DNA from: Gammaproteobacteria bacterium
GTDB taxonomy: Bacteria > Pseudomonadota > Gammaproteobacteria > CAJXQU01
NCBI GenBank assembly: GCA_965238175.1
Contig: CBDEGZ010000003.1
Span: 2,848,001-2,912,000 of the forward strand
Length of the DNA stretch: 64,000 nt
Reading direction: 5' to 3'
Part shown: positions 20,566 to 31,470 of the stretch, piece after piece
Position numbering within the stretch: position 1 is the first letter of the stretch
Layout: the number at the start of each line of letters is the position of its first letter
The notes under the pieces: generated by a model
Told to the model about the DNA's origin: nothing
What the model saw: the letters and a program-made list of their open reading frames with translations, nothing else
The model's database searches: none
Program-made: the position numbers and the translations under genes

Positions 20566-21439
20566 CATAAGTCACTGCTTCAAGAATCGACAGACCTTGA
20601 AAATCATGTAATGCACTAGAGACAGCCACATCTGAGTTGATCATAATTGATCTATATTCATCTTCGTCCTCAACATATCCCCAATTTAAAATATGATCCG
20701 ATAACGGCACTTTCATTTGATCAAAAACAACCGGCATTTGACGAAACTGCTGTCCAAGCATATTCAATTTAAAATCAACTTTACGTTCTTTAAGCTTAAC
20801 TAAAGCTTGCAAAAAACGTTCAGGTGCTTTGTCATATTCCCAACGATGATTCCACAAAATGGTGAGTGATGATGGCCTCTTTTTAGAATACTTATTTTCG
20901 TTTGGACTATTTATTGGTTTATTCAAAGGCACGGAAAGCACGATCGACTTTTGAGATATTTGATCAACAATTCCGACAGGAACACCGTCTGGCATTTTTT
21001 CTAAAAACAAAGTAGAACCTTGAAGAAAAGTTTGCCGATTATAATCTGAGTTAAACACCAATCTATCGGCTGCTAATGCTGAATAAAGCGTCACCATTTT
21101 TGCTTCTACATTAAGCTGTTTATGATCACCTTCAGGATACGTAAATTGATTTTCATGAAAATAAACAATGGATGGAATTTGCGCTAGCGAAGGAACCAAA
21201 CCACGCAAAGTTGCAAAATCCGTCATCGATGTCGCAATAACCAGATCATAAGATTGACTTAAGATCGCCTGCTCAGAAAATGCCCAGGTTAAACTATTGC
21301 CACGGATCCGCCATCTGAAATAGCGAGCGGGTAGCGTTAAGATTGTCCAATCGTGTTCTGGAAAGTTTGCTACCAACCCCTCCCGCCAATAGCGATGACT
21401 GATCGCATCATAAGCAGAAAGTAGTAGAATTTTTTTCAC
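20566..21439 (-). pseudogene. DUF3524/GT-B glycosyltransferase (tRNA-queuosine mannosyltransferase-like), 3'-truncated by IS481
   Basis: LPARYFRWRIRG, YFHENQ, LWNHRWEYDK, HDFQGLSILEA then a stop inside the IS end. Confidence 0.8.
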
Positions 21440-21650
21440 AATTTATTAACCTGGGGCTGGAAAAAGTTCGTCTCAAATTGACTACATAAAACATGAGGTT
21501 TATAGACTTCGACAATAAGATCCTTCCAACTATCGCTGTCAGAATACATAGAACTTCATCCTGAGCTGCACGAAAGATCTCACTGTCGAAGCCACGGAAT
21601 TAATTGTTGACTCTCTATCCCAATGGAGCAAACCATCCTCTCAAATTAAA

Positions 21651-21986
21651 TCAGTGCAACGAGTCCGGTACTTCAACTTCCTGAACTAACACCCAAGGAG
21701 CGACAACCGTCGCCCAAAATAAAGGATCTTCCTCGTTCCAACGACGTGCATCCTCTTCCATCACCCGCTCCACCTCACCACTGGTTAACCATCGCTCAAC
21801 AGACTCCTTGTTATCTTCCGCAAAAGACATCGCCACTTCAACTAAATCAAGCCCCTGCTCAACCTTGATAAGCACACCGCGTGCATAATGCCGCTCTAAC
21901 TCCTTCCAGACAACCTTACCTGTCTCGGCATTTAGTTTGTCTTTCATGTCTATTTCTGGGTCTACTTGTTGATTTTGATCTGTCAT
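21651..21986 (-). CDS. DUF2288 family protein
   Basis: KLNAETGKVVWKELERHYARG...WATVVAPWVLVQ. Confidence 0.85.
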   Translation of the reverse strand: MTDQNQQVDPEIDMKDKLNAETGKVVWKELERHYARGVLIKVEQGLDLVEVAMSFAEDNKESVERWLTSGEVERVMEEDARRWNEEDPLFWATVVAPWVLVQEVEVPDSLH

Positions 21987-22220
21987 AACAATCTCGGTGG
22001 TTATACTATTGATAGATCATAACATTCTGAAGGTAGCGTGGATCATTACTGTCAGATCTCTTGATGCGGCACATCGGGGTTTTCTGATTAGCACAAAATA
22101 AAACCACCAGTGATTAAGCTGGGTCTTTCGGCTGCTTTCGGACGATAAGGTTAAAATAAACTTCAGAGACTGCACAGGAGTCTATCTTAGTGTGCATCAT
22201 GAGATGAAATTCATGATTAT

Positions 22221-22236
22221 TGTGATAAAAATCACA
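22221..22236. promoter_or_regulatory. CRP-like palindrome
   Basis: TGTGA-TAAAAA-TCACA, an exact TGTGA-N6-TCACA match. Confidence 0.4.
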
Positions 22237-22389
22237 TTCCAATCATAATAATTTTGGTATAAATAAACCTTAGGAAAAAGACTCACTAGTTAACTTATAA
22301 AAACAAAAATTTAAAAAAATAATTATGAAAAAACCAGATACATCTATACAAATGAATATTTCATGAAGGGACTAAAATTTTAGCTGGCC

Positions 22390-22505
22390 AAAAAGTAATA
22401 AGCCCCCACGAAGAGGGCTTTGGTCGCATAGAAGCGTTGCCTACGAAAAATTCATTTCATTGGTATGAAAAGACAATCAATAGACCTTAGTCGGTTACAC
22501 TAAGG
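22390..22505 (-). ncRNA. tracrRNA
   Basis: Anti-repeat 22481-22501 matches the repeat 20/21; minus-strand TATAAT at 22511-22516; 3' hairpins including a terminator at 22400-22420 with a U-tract. Confidence 0.85.
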
Positions 22506-22532
22506 CTAACATTATACATGAGGAGATCAGCA

Positions 22533-25500
22533 ATGAGCAAGAAAGTTCTCGGCCTTGATTTAGGCAGTAACTCAATAGGATGGGCTTTACTAGAGGAAGA
22601 AAATAGTAAGTTGAACAACATTATCGCTCTAGGAAGCAGAATCTTTACCAAAGCAGTTGAAGAAAAAACACCCACACCAAAAAATGTTAAAAGACGTGAT
22701 GCAAGGTTAGCCAGACGAGTGATTCAACGCCGCTCACACCGCAAGCAACGGATGCTGAATTATTTGGTTAAGCTTGACTTGTTACCCAGTGAAATACAAG
22801 GACACAGTCAACCCGAAATTATTTTAAACGATCTGGGCGACCCTTATTTATTACGTGCTAAAGCACTTGACCATCGTCTTGAGTCACATGAACTAGGACG
22901 GGTACTACTCCATCTGGTTCAGCGTCGTGGCTTTTTGAGCAATCGCAAAACATTATTAGGTGACATGGTTAATGATCCAGATGTTCTCGAAATTCTCACG
23001 GAATTGGAAGCTGACGACGATAACTCATCAGAAAAAGCAAAAGAAGAAACTGCATTCAAGAAAGATATTAGTGAGCTTAGAAATACTATTTCCGAAGAAG
23101 GTTATCGGACTCTAGGTGAATACTTAGCATCATTAAATAAACATGACTGTAAAAGAAATCGCAGCCGTGAAGGGGGGCATCTAAGAACAGATCGCCAAAT
23201 GTATCGCGAAGAACTGGATCTGATATGGAAAAAACAAAAGTTATCTCATTCGCTCTTATCAAATGCTATTAAAGAACAAATTGAGAAAATTATTTTCTAC
23301 CAGCGCCCGCTTAAATTACGATCTGACAGAATAGGGAAATGTTCTCTGGAACCCACAAGAAAACGTGCAAACATTGCTCGATTAGAAGTTCAAAGATTTC
23401 GTTATCTTCAAGATATTAACAACCTGACTTATTTCGATCCATGGGATGAAACAGAAAAAAACTTAAGCTCCGAACAAAAAGAAAAAATGGTTGACCTATT
23501 CGAAAGCCAACCCACTATAACATTTCCAAAAATAAGAAAAACGCTGGGTTTTGATAAAAAACATGAGTTTAATTGTAGAAGTTTAGACCCAATCTGACAC
23601 ATCACTAAATCAAGCGGAGCGTAGCGACGCTTGATTTAGTGAGAGTTACCCGCTTTGATGTAACTGCAACGTAAACATCAAAACACAAAGAGGTAACTCT
23701 CATGATTCATACTAATGACAAAGTTATAAAACATAAAGTTGGTCTACTCAATCTCGCTGAAGAACTCGGCAATGTCTCAAAAGCCTGCAAGATGATGGGT
23801 TTGTCCAGAGATACATTTTATCGCTACAAAGAAGCGGCTGATGAAGGCGGTGTAGAAGCCTTGTTTGATCGTAATCGGCGTACCCCAAATCTTAAAAACA
23901 GAATCGACCCGGCTATTGAAACCGTTGTGCTCGAGTATGCACTGGAAGAGCCCGCACATGGTCAAACGCGCACCAGTAACGAGCTGCGCAAACGGGGAAC
24001 ATTTGTCTCACCCAGTGGCGTTCGTTGTATCTGGCTTCGTCATGGTCTTGCTTGCTTTAAAGATCGCCTGAAGGCATTGTCTGATAAGGTAGCTGGTGAA
24101 GGCTTGATCCTCACTGAGTCTCAAGTCGCGGCGATGGAACGCAAGAAAGACGACGATGAGGCTTGTGGCGAGATAGAGACGGCACACCCTGGTTATCTTG
24201 GCTCGCAAGATACTTACTATGTCGGTACTTTCAAAGGCATTGGTCGGGTTTATCAACAAACGTTTGTTGATACTTACAGCAAGGTCGCTCACGCGAAACT
24301 GTACCCGACTAAAACACCGATTACGGCAGCTGACATGCTCAATGACCGCGTCCTCCCATTCTACGAACAACAACGTTTGCCTATGTTGCGCATTTTGACA
24401 GATAGAGGGACGGAGTATTGTGGGCGAGCTGACCAGCATGATTATCAGCTTTATATGGCGTTGAACAATATCGAACACACCAAAACCAAGGTCAAATCAC
24501 CTCAGACGAATGGTATTTGTGAGCGATTCCATAAGACGATCCTCAATGAGTTTTATCAAGTCGCTTTGCGTAAGAAAATTTACCAATCGATTGATGAACT
24601 GCAACTCGACCTTGACGAATGGTTGCTCAAATACAATACTCAACGAACTCACCAAGGCAAAATGTGCTGCGGGAGGACGCCGATGGAAACACTCATCGAC
24701 GGACAAGCTATCTGGAAGGAAAAGTTTTTGAACTAAACTTAACCTGACAGTCGGTTACAGAAAAAGGGGTAACTGTCAGATCAAGTCTGAATTTCTACAG
24801 TTTAATCTTGAAAATGGGAATAAAAAACTTAAGGGCAATATTACTGCTTGTGAATTGAAAAAAGTTATATCCGATTGGAATGATCTTGGTTCTGACTCTC
24901 AGTATAAACTTGTTGAAGATCTTCTAACTATTCAGAAGAAATCCACTCTGAAAAAACGACTTTTAGATCACTGGGGTTTTGATCCAAAAATTGCTGTAGA
25001 ACTTTGTTTACTTGAGTTTGAACCTGGCCACAGTAGCCACTCAATTAAAGCCATCAATAAACTTCTTCCTTTCCTTAAGGAAGGGGAAATCTATTCCAAT
25101 GCCAGAATCAAAGCAGGATATGGTTATGAAATAAAAGAGATAGATCTTATGGAGCGTCTGGGCATACCTCCTGAAATAGCCAATCCTATTGTTCAAAAAG
25201 GGCTGCACGAGCTTCGTCGATTGGTTAATGCCATTATTGCCGAATATGGCAGACCAGATGCTATTCGTATTGAAATGGCCAGAGATCTGGAAATGAATGC
25301 CAAACGCTATAAAGACTTTCTCAAACAACAAAAGACTAACACTCAAGCTAATGATAAAGCCACTGAGAAGTTTCAAGAAATGGGACGGAAATCTCCACAT
25401 CTCAAACTTTCAAAATACCCCAGCCATTCTGACAAAATAAAGTATCGGTTATGGAAAGATCAAGATCAGCGCTGTGCTTATAGTGGTAATTCCATTGATC

Positions 25501-26864
25501 TGGCAACGCTGTTTAGTGCTGAAATAGATATTGATCATATTCTTCCCTATAGCCAATCACTTGATGATTCATACATGAATAAAGTTGTTTGTTATACAGG
25601 AGAAAATCGCTACAAAGGCCAACGTACTCCTATAGATGCCTTCGGCGGAAATGAAGAAAAGTGGGAACAAATTTTTCAACGAATTAATCGATGGGATAAA
25701 AGATTCAAAAGTAAAAAAGCACGTTTTTTTCAAACAGCAGCAGATCTTCAACAACGTGATTTCATCAGTAGCCAACTCAATGATACTCGCTACATGAGTC
25801 GAGTTGCGCAAGACTATTTAAAACAACTAGGTGCAGACATTAGTGTGAGTAAAGGAATAACAACCTCATGGTTGAGACATCAATGGGGATTAAATAACCT
25901 CATAGGAGAAACCAATAAAAAAGACCGAAACGATCATCGTCATCATGCAATTGATGCTGTAGTTATTGCCTGTGTTGACAGAAGCTTCTATCAGAAGTTA
26001 ATAAAAGAAGCCAAAGATTTGGAGCGAACACATTCATCATTGCACATGAAAGATCTCCATTTTGATCCTCCATGGCCACATCTGCGAGATGAACTAAATC
26101 AAAAGCTAAGCAATGTCATCATTTCTCATGCACCACAACGTAAACTTAGTGGTGCTTTACATGAAGAAACGGGCGTCGGATTTATCGAGTCAAAAGGCGC
26201 TGTCTATCGGGCAAATCTGAATAGTGATTTTAAAGAAAAACAGATTGATAAAATTATAGATGATGAAGTCAGGGAAATTATACGAAACCATTTAGGTAAA
26301 TATAACAATAATCCCAAGGAAGCTTTTGCTGAAAGGCAACCTGTTTTACATAAAGATGGTAAAACACCGATCAAACGGGTACGCATTTTGCAATCTAAAA
26401 CTACACGAGAAAAACTTGATGAAACAAAATTTGGTGTAAAAAACAAAGACGGCAAAGTTTTTAAATGGCTTGCTTATGGAAATTTGCACCATGTCGAAAT
26501 TATCAAGAATAAAAAGACTGGAAAATATAAGGGTGAATTTGTAACAACAATGGAAGCCCATCACAGAGCAAAAGGAATCGGTATGCAAAAGCAAAAAGTA
26601 ATCAAAACTGATCATGGCAGTGATTATGAGTTCTTAATGGCCTTGCATATTAATGACCTGGTAAGTGTAGAAAAGGATAGCGAACAGATTTTTTATCGAA
26701 TTCAAAAATTAGATTCAGGTTCAAATAGAATGGTTTTGAGGTTACATACTGCATCAACACTTGGTAATAAAGATGAAGAGATATATGTTTCAATTAATGA
26801 AAAGTCATTTACGGATTGGAATTTAAAAAAACTACAGATAAATGTCATAGGAAAGATTTTCTAG
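22533..26864 (+). pseudogene. cas9: Type II-C Cas9 interrupted by IS481 (1032 aa when rejoined)
   Basis: RuvC-I LGLDLG, Arg-rich bridge helix, RIEMARD, HNH DIDHILP, HHAIDA; halves rejoin in frame as HEFNLENGNKKLKGN. Confidence 0.96.
23574..24799 (+). mobile_element. IS481-family element copy 3 (transposase 23702-24736)
   Basis: 7-bp TSD GTTTAAT at 23567-23573 and 24800-24806. Confidence 0.96.
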
Positions 26865-27766
26865 TGATCAAACGCATTATCGACATCAGCGAACAAGCCT
26901 ATATTCATATGAAACACAGGCAGCTTCTGATCGATAAAGAAGGTGAAACTATCGGGCAGATCCCGATAGAAGATTTGGGTGTTCTAATTTTGCAACACAC
27001 TGCAATAGTCATAACCCAGGCAGTGATCATCGCTTGTCAGGAAAATAATGTAGTACTAGTTTTTTGTGACTCTCGACATCTGCCCTATTCTGTAGTCTTG
27101 CCTATTAGTGAGGGACATACACTACATACAAAAGTACTACGACAACAACTAACCGTAACCCTGCCAACAAAAAAACGTTTATGGCAGCAAATTGTAAAAT
27201 CCAAGATAAAAGAACAAGCCAACACTCTGAGTCTAGCGAGTAAAGATAATAAAGTATTATTACGACTGACAGAAAAAGTAAAAACTGGCGATTCAGAGAA
27301 TCATGAAGCCCAGGCGGCTAAAGTATATTGGCGGCTATTGTTTGGAGATGAGTTTCGACGCAATGTGGATGCTGAGGGACTAAATAGCGTATTAAATTAC
27401 GGCTATGCAATTATGCGTGCAATGGTAGCAAGGGCATTGGTTGGCAGTGGCTTACACCCTGCGATTGGGTTGCATCATCGCAATCAGTACAATGGTCTTT
27501 GTCTTGCTGATGACATTATGGAGCCGTTCAGGCCTTGGGTTGACCTGGCTGTTTACAAGCTATTTGTAGATAACAAACAACTGGAGATCAATACTGAAAT
27601 AAAGCAAGCACTGTTAGGCATGTTGAGTGAAAAAGTGATCTGGAAAGGGGAAAGCCTGCCTTTGATGGTCGCTTGTCATTCTTTGACTGCCGATCTGAAA
27701 AGAGCTTATCAAAACTCAAAAGAAAAACTTTGTTTTCCTCAATTGGAAAACAGGATCGCAGCTTGA
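26864..27766 (+). CDS. cas1: Type II Cas1
   Basis: GTG start overlaps the cas9 stop; IPIEDL, NHEAQAA, LNYGYAIMR, GLHH, LADDIMEPFRP. Confidence 0.95.
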   Translation: MIKRIIDISEQAYIHMKHRQLLIDKEGETIGQIPIEDLGVLILQHTAIVITQAVIIACQENNVVLVFCDSRHLPYSVVLPISEGHTLHTKVLRQQLTVTLPTKKRLWQQIVKSKIKEQANTLSLASKDNKVLLRLTEKVKTGDSENHEAQAAKVYWRLLFGDEFRRNVDAEGLNSVLNYGYAIMRAMVARALVGSGLHPAIGLHHRNQYNGLCLADDIMEPFRPWVDLAVYKLFVDNKQLEINTEIKQALLGMLSEKVIWKGESLPLMVACHSLTADLKRAYQNSKEKLCFPQLENRIAA

Positions 27767-28090
27767 ACTTTGGTGGACTGAATACCATGTGGGTTACCGT
27801 ACTTTTTGATCTCCCCACCGACACAAAAGAAGCACGAAAACAATACACAATTTCGGAAATTTTTACTTGATGATGGCTTCACCATGATGCAATACTCAGT
27901 CTATATTCGACATAGCGCCAGCGAAGAGAATGCACAGGTTCATATCAAGCGTGTAAAAGCAGCATTGCCTGCTGATGGTGAGGTTCGAATCTTCAAAATT
28001 ACCGATAAACAGTTTGGAAAAATAGAAGTGTTCTATGGAAAAAGACAGCAAACTATCGAAGAAACCCCGAAACAACTCCTGTTTTTCTGA
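27763..28090 (+). pseudogene. cas2: Cas2, frameshifted
   Basis: MWVTVLFDLPT...RKQYT and QFRKFLLDDGFTMMQYSVY lie in different frames; break at 27841-27851. Confidence 0.9.
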
Positions 28091-28139
28091 ACAAAGAAAC
28101 AGGAGTTTCTCTTTTGGATCAATCAATTACTTGCATGGT

Positions 28140-29606
28140 AGTGTAACCGACTAAGGTGTAGAAGTTTAGACCCAATCTGACACATCACTAAATCAAGCGG
28201 AGCGTAGCGACGCTTGATTTAGTGAGAGTTACCCGCTTTGATGTAACTGCAACGTAAACATCAAAACACAAAGAGGTAACTCTCATGATTCATACTAATG
28301 ACAAAGTTATAAAACATAAAGTTGGTCTACTCAATCTCGCTGAAGAACTCGGCAATGTCTCAAAAGCCTGCAAGATGATGGGTTTGTCCAGAGATACATT
28401 TTATCGCTACAAAGAAGCGGCTGATGAAGGCGGTGTAGAAGCCTTGTTTGATCGTAATCGGCGTACCCCAAATCTTAAAAACAGAATCGACCCGGCTATT
28501 GAAACCGTTGTGCTCGAGTATGCACTGGAAGAGCCCGCACATGGTCAAACGCGCACCAGTAACGAGCTGCGCAAACGGGGAACATTTGTCTCACCCAGTG
28601 GCGTTCGTTGTATCTGGCTTCGTCATGGTCTTGCTTGCTTTAAAGATCGCCTGAAGGCATTGTCTGATAAGGTAGCTGGTGAAGGCTTGATCCTCACTGA
28701 GTCTCAAGTCGCGGCGATGGAACGCAAGAAAGACGACGATGAGGCTTGTGGCGAGATAGAGACGGCACACCCTGGTTATCTTGGCTCGCAAGATACTTAC
28801 TATGTCGGTACTTTCAAAGGCATTGGTCGGGTTTATCAACAAACGTTTGTTGATACTTACAGCAAGGTCGCTCACGCGAAACTGTACCCGACTAAAACAC
28901 CGATTACGGCAGCTGACATGCTCAATGACCGCGTCCTCCCATTCTACGAAGAACAACGTTTGCCTATGTTGCGCATTTTGACAGATAGAGGGACGGAGTA
29001 TTGTGGGCGAGCTGACCAGCATGATTATCAGCTTTATATGGCGTTGAACAATATCGAACACACCAAAACCAAGGTCAAATCACCTCAGACGAATGGTATT
29101 TGTGAGCGATTCCATAAGACGATCCTCAATGAGTTTTATCAAGTCGCTTTGCGTAAGAAAATTTACCAATCGATTGATGAACTGCAACTCGACCTTGACG
29201 AATGGTTGCTCAAATACAATACTCAACGAACTCACCAAGGCAAAATGTGCTGCGGGAGGACGCCGATGGAAACACTCATCGACGGACAAGCTATCTGGAA
29301 GGAAAAGTTTTTGAACTAAACTTAACCTGACAGTCAGTTACAGAAAAAGGGGTAACTGTCAGATCAAGTCTGAATTTCTACAACTAAGGCCTACATGCAA
29401 TTCACAACTGAATCCCTCTTCTAACTGACCATCTGGAAAGTGTAACCGACTAAGGCCTACATGCAATTCACAACATCTCATGCTGCACATCGACAACCAT
29501 ATTCAGTGTAACCGACTAAGGCCTACATGCAATTCACAACCCTTCAAGGTGTAGTTGAACCGGGTATTCTAGTGTAACCGACTAAGGCCTACATGCAGTT
29601 CACTAC
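28140..29606 (-). CRISPR. CRISPR array: four 36-bp repeats, three 30-bp spacers; first repeat split by IS481
   Basis: Repeat AGTGTAACCGACTAAGGCCTACATGCAATTCACAAC at 28140-28156+29390-29408, 29439-29474, 29505-29540 and degenerate 29571-29606; strand inferred from the anti-repeat and the GTTG start. Confidence 0.95.
28157..29382 (+). mobile_element. IS481-family element copy 4 (transposase 28285-29319)
   Basis: 7-bp TSD ACTAAGG inside the CRISPR repeat. Confidence 0.96.
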
Positions 29607-29614
29607 TAGTACAC

Positions 29615-29640
29615 CAAACAACGTTTCCCTTCAAATCACA
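29615..29640. repeat. 26-bp direct repeat, left copy
   Basis: CAAACAACGTTTCCCTTCAAATCACA; 23/26 identical to 31375-31400. Confidence 0.7.
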
Positions 29641-29661
29641 GCGGATTGACTAATAGCATTA

Positions 29662-29868
29662 TTAATCGCTAGCCTGATCTATTTTTATTTGCGATTCTGG
29701 CGATAACTTGAGCACACCTGTTCTTACGGCAGCACCAACTACGCGATCACCAATTGATTGTGGCAGATCATCCGGCCAGTTCGATACAGCTTGCTTAGTT
29801 ACCCCGACTGCTGACGCGACTGATCTATATGTTGAGCCGAACAATCCCCTTGCCCTTTTCTTCTTCAT
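29662..29868 (-). CDS. Cro-like HTH protein
   Basis: 68 aa, FGS...VASAVGVTKQAVSNWP; divergent from an XRE repressor. Confidence 0.8.
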   Translation of the reverse strand: MKKKRARGLFGSTYRSVASAVGVTKQAVSNWPDDLPQSIGDRVVGAAVRTGVLKLSPESQIKIDQASD

Positions 29869-29876
29869 AGATCAAG

Positions 29877-29934
29877 TAAATCATTATTGACTATTTCTGT
29901 CAATTTGCATTGATAGAAAATCAAGTATTCTTTA
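29877..29934. promoter_or_regulatory. Three operator-like boxes (OR-like)
   Basis: TAAA-N6-TTGA 29877-29890, TCAA-N6-TTGA 29900-29913, TCAA-N6-TTTA 29921-29934. Confidence 0.65.
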
Positions 29935-29950
29935 CTTTTAGCAGGACAGG

Positions 29951-30394
29951 ATGTTAATTATGAGCGATGTCGCGGAAAGAATTCTAAAAATAAGGAAGTA
30001 CATGAAGTTGACACAACCTCAATTTGGTAAGCGTGCTGGTGTGTCAAAGCAAGCTGTTTCACATTGGGAAAATGGTTTAGCGAAGCCCGACCATGAGTCG
30101 CTAAGAAATCTGGAAAAAAATTCTTACATTAACCCAGATTACATCACCGATGGCACCGGGGAAATCTTTAAATATCTGCAAGGATCTCCCGAGAGTTTTG
30201 CATTAAAAAATCCTGTTAAAGATTCTGCACAACTGGAAAACATGAACACAGCTGATTGGCTATGCAGAAGATGGCTTGACTTACCACTATCTGCGCGCAA
30301 GTGTATTTGGGAAATATGCAGATCTCATGTTGGCGAAACTATTGAGCGTCGTTTTGAAGTCAAATACGTTAAAGATGATAAACGAAGTACTTAA
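29951..30394 (+). CDS. CI-like XRE-family repressor with no evident S24 peptidase domain
   Basis: RILKIRKYMKLTQPQFGKRAGVSKQAVSHWENG...INPDYITDGTG. Confidence 0.85.
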   Translation: MLIMSDVAERILKIRKYMKLTQPQFGKRAGVSKQAVSHWENGLAKPDHESLRNLEKNSYINPDYITDGTGEIFKYLQGSPESFALKNPVKDSAQLENMNTADWLCRRWLDLPLSARKCIWEICRSHVGETIERRFEVKYVKDDKRST

Positions 30395-30794
30395 ATCACC
30401 TTTTACTTCTATAGAAAAAACAGCACTTTTGAGTAGCCACCAAGATTAATTGACATAGTCTGTCCATCTTCAGTACGGCCGGTGATATCCTCTAATAGTT
30501 AATTCATCCCACTTAGCCAACTGATTATTAATTTTTGCGGTTATTCAGGCACAACCGTCTTTAGTTGTTTTAATTGGAGTTTTTTTATCCACCTTTATTG
30601 TTGTTGTTTTATTTGGGAAATCGTGACCCAAACGCAAAAAAATTCTTTACCCTCTTCTGATAAATATATCAATAATGAAATATCTGATTCCAATGTTATT
30701 AAGATCAAATTCTTCAATGTAAGTATACGCCTGTCATTCAACCTCAATTATCTTTTGATCAGTTATCTCAATTAAAACCGACATAATCGCAGAG

Positions 30795-30861
30795 TCAAAA
30801 ATGCTTGACTCGCAATCAATTATTATTTACCTTAATGGTCAATCAAGTCAACTTAAATTGA
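30795..30861 (+). promoter_or_regulatory. Three operator-like boxes (OL-like) overlapping a sigma70-like promoter
   Basis: TCAA-N6-TTGA 30795-30808 and 30848-30861, TCAA-N6-TTTA 30816-30829; TTGACT-17-TACCTT. Confidence 0.65.
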
Positions 30862-30874
30862 TAATAGAGAACAC

Positions 30875-31189
30875 ATGGCTGACAACAAGTTACAGATACA
30901 AATTGAATCGAACGAAATAAAACAAATGTTCGACGAAGTAGAAATCAACATGATCCGTGCTGGTCAAGGATCTGAATTATGGAACGCGATGGTGAAAATA
31001 TTTAGTCTTCCCAGCTTTATCGATCCGCTTATTAAAAGCAAATTCATAACCCACGCCAATGGTAAGACAGAATTATTGACTTGGCCATCCGCTGCATTTA
31101 AACGCATACACGCTGCAGTCATCACAAGTAATATCGATGTCCTTCACCACGAGCATCAAGACCTGCTCAAAAAAGCAGCTAGACACTGA
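30875..31189 (+). CDS. Hypothetical protein downstream of the OL-like operators
   Basis: 104-aa ORF with promoter-like and operator-like sites upstream. Confidence 0.65.
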   Translation: MADNKLQIQIESNEIKQMFDEVEINMIRAGQGSELWNAMVKIFSLPSFIDPLIKSKFITHANGKTELLTWPSAAFKRIHAAVITSNIDVLHHEHQDLLKKAARH

Positions 31190-31259
31190 GCATGCAACGC
31201 TTGAACACAAGTCACTTAAAGATATCTAAACCAGCCAAATGAAGAGCATCATTAGCAAT

Positions 31260-31385
31260 ATAAGCGCACTGACGGGTTGACTCAGAATGACGCTTGAGCC
31301 AACCGACTATTTTCAGTGATCCACGCCGCAGTTCTCACAGGTGATGTCGATACTTTGCTCGTCGAAAGTGTAAGCAAACAACAAT
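31260..31385 (-). pseudogene. Phage-type zinc-ribbon protein remnant
   Basis: FDEQSIDITCENCG then a stop and frameshift, followed by VGWLKR. Confidence 0.35.
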
Positions 31386-31400
31386 TTCCTTCAAATCACA
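31375..31400. repeat. 26-bp direct repeat, right copy
   Basis: CAAACAACAATTTCCTTCAAATCACA. Confidence 0.7.
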
Positions 31401-31470
31401 ATTTTGTGATTTCACAAAAAATCGTGAACCGATATACTTCCAAGATAATTTTCAATTAACGATCAATATC

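Noticed and set aside
22518-26864. Naturally split Cas9 or two separate genes
   Set aside because: The 7-bp TSD and in-frame rejoining show a simple IS insertion
29409-29570. Spacers targeting the ISs or other sequence in this window
   Set aside because: No match found by eye; a computational search is still needed
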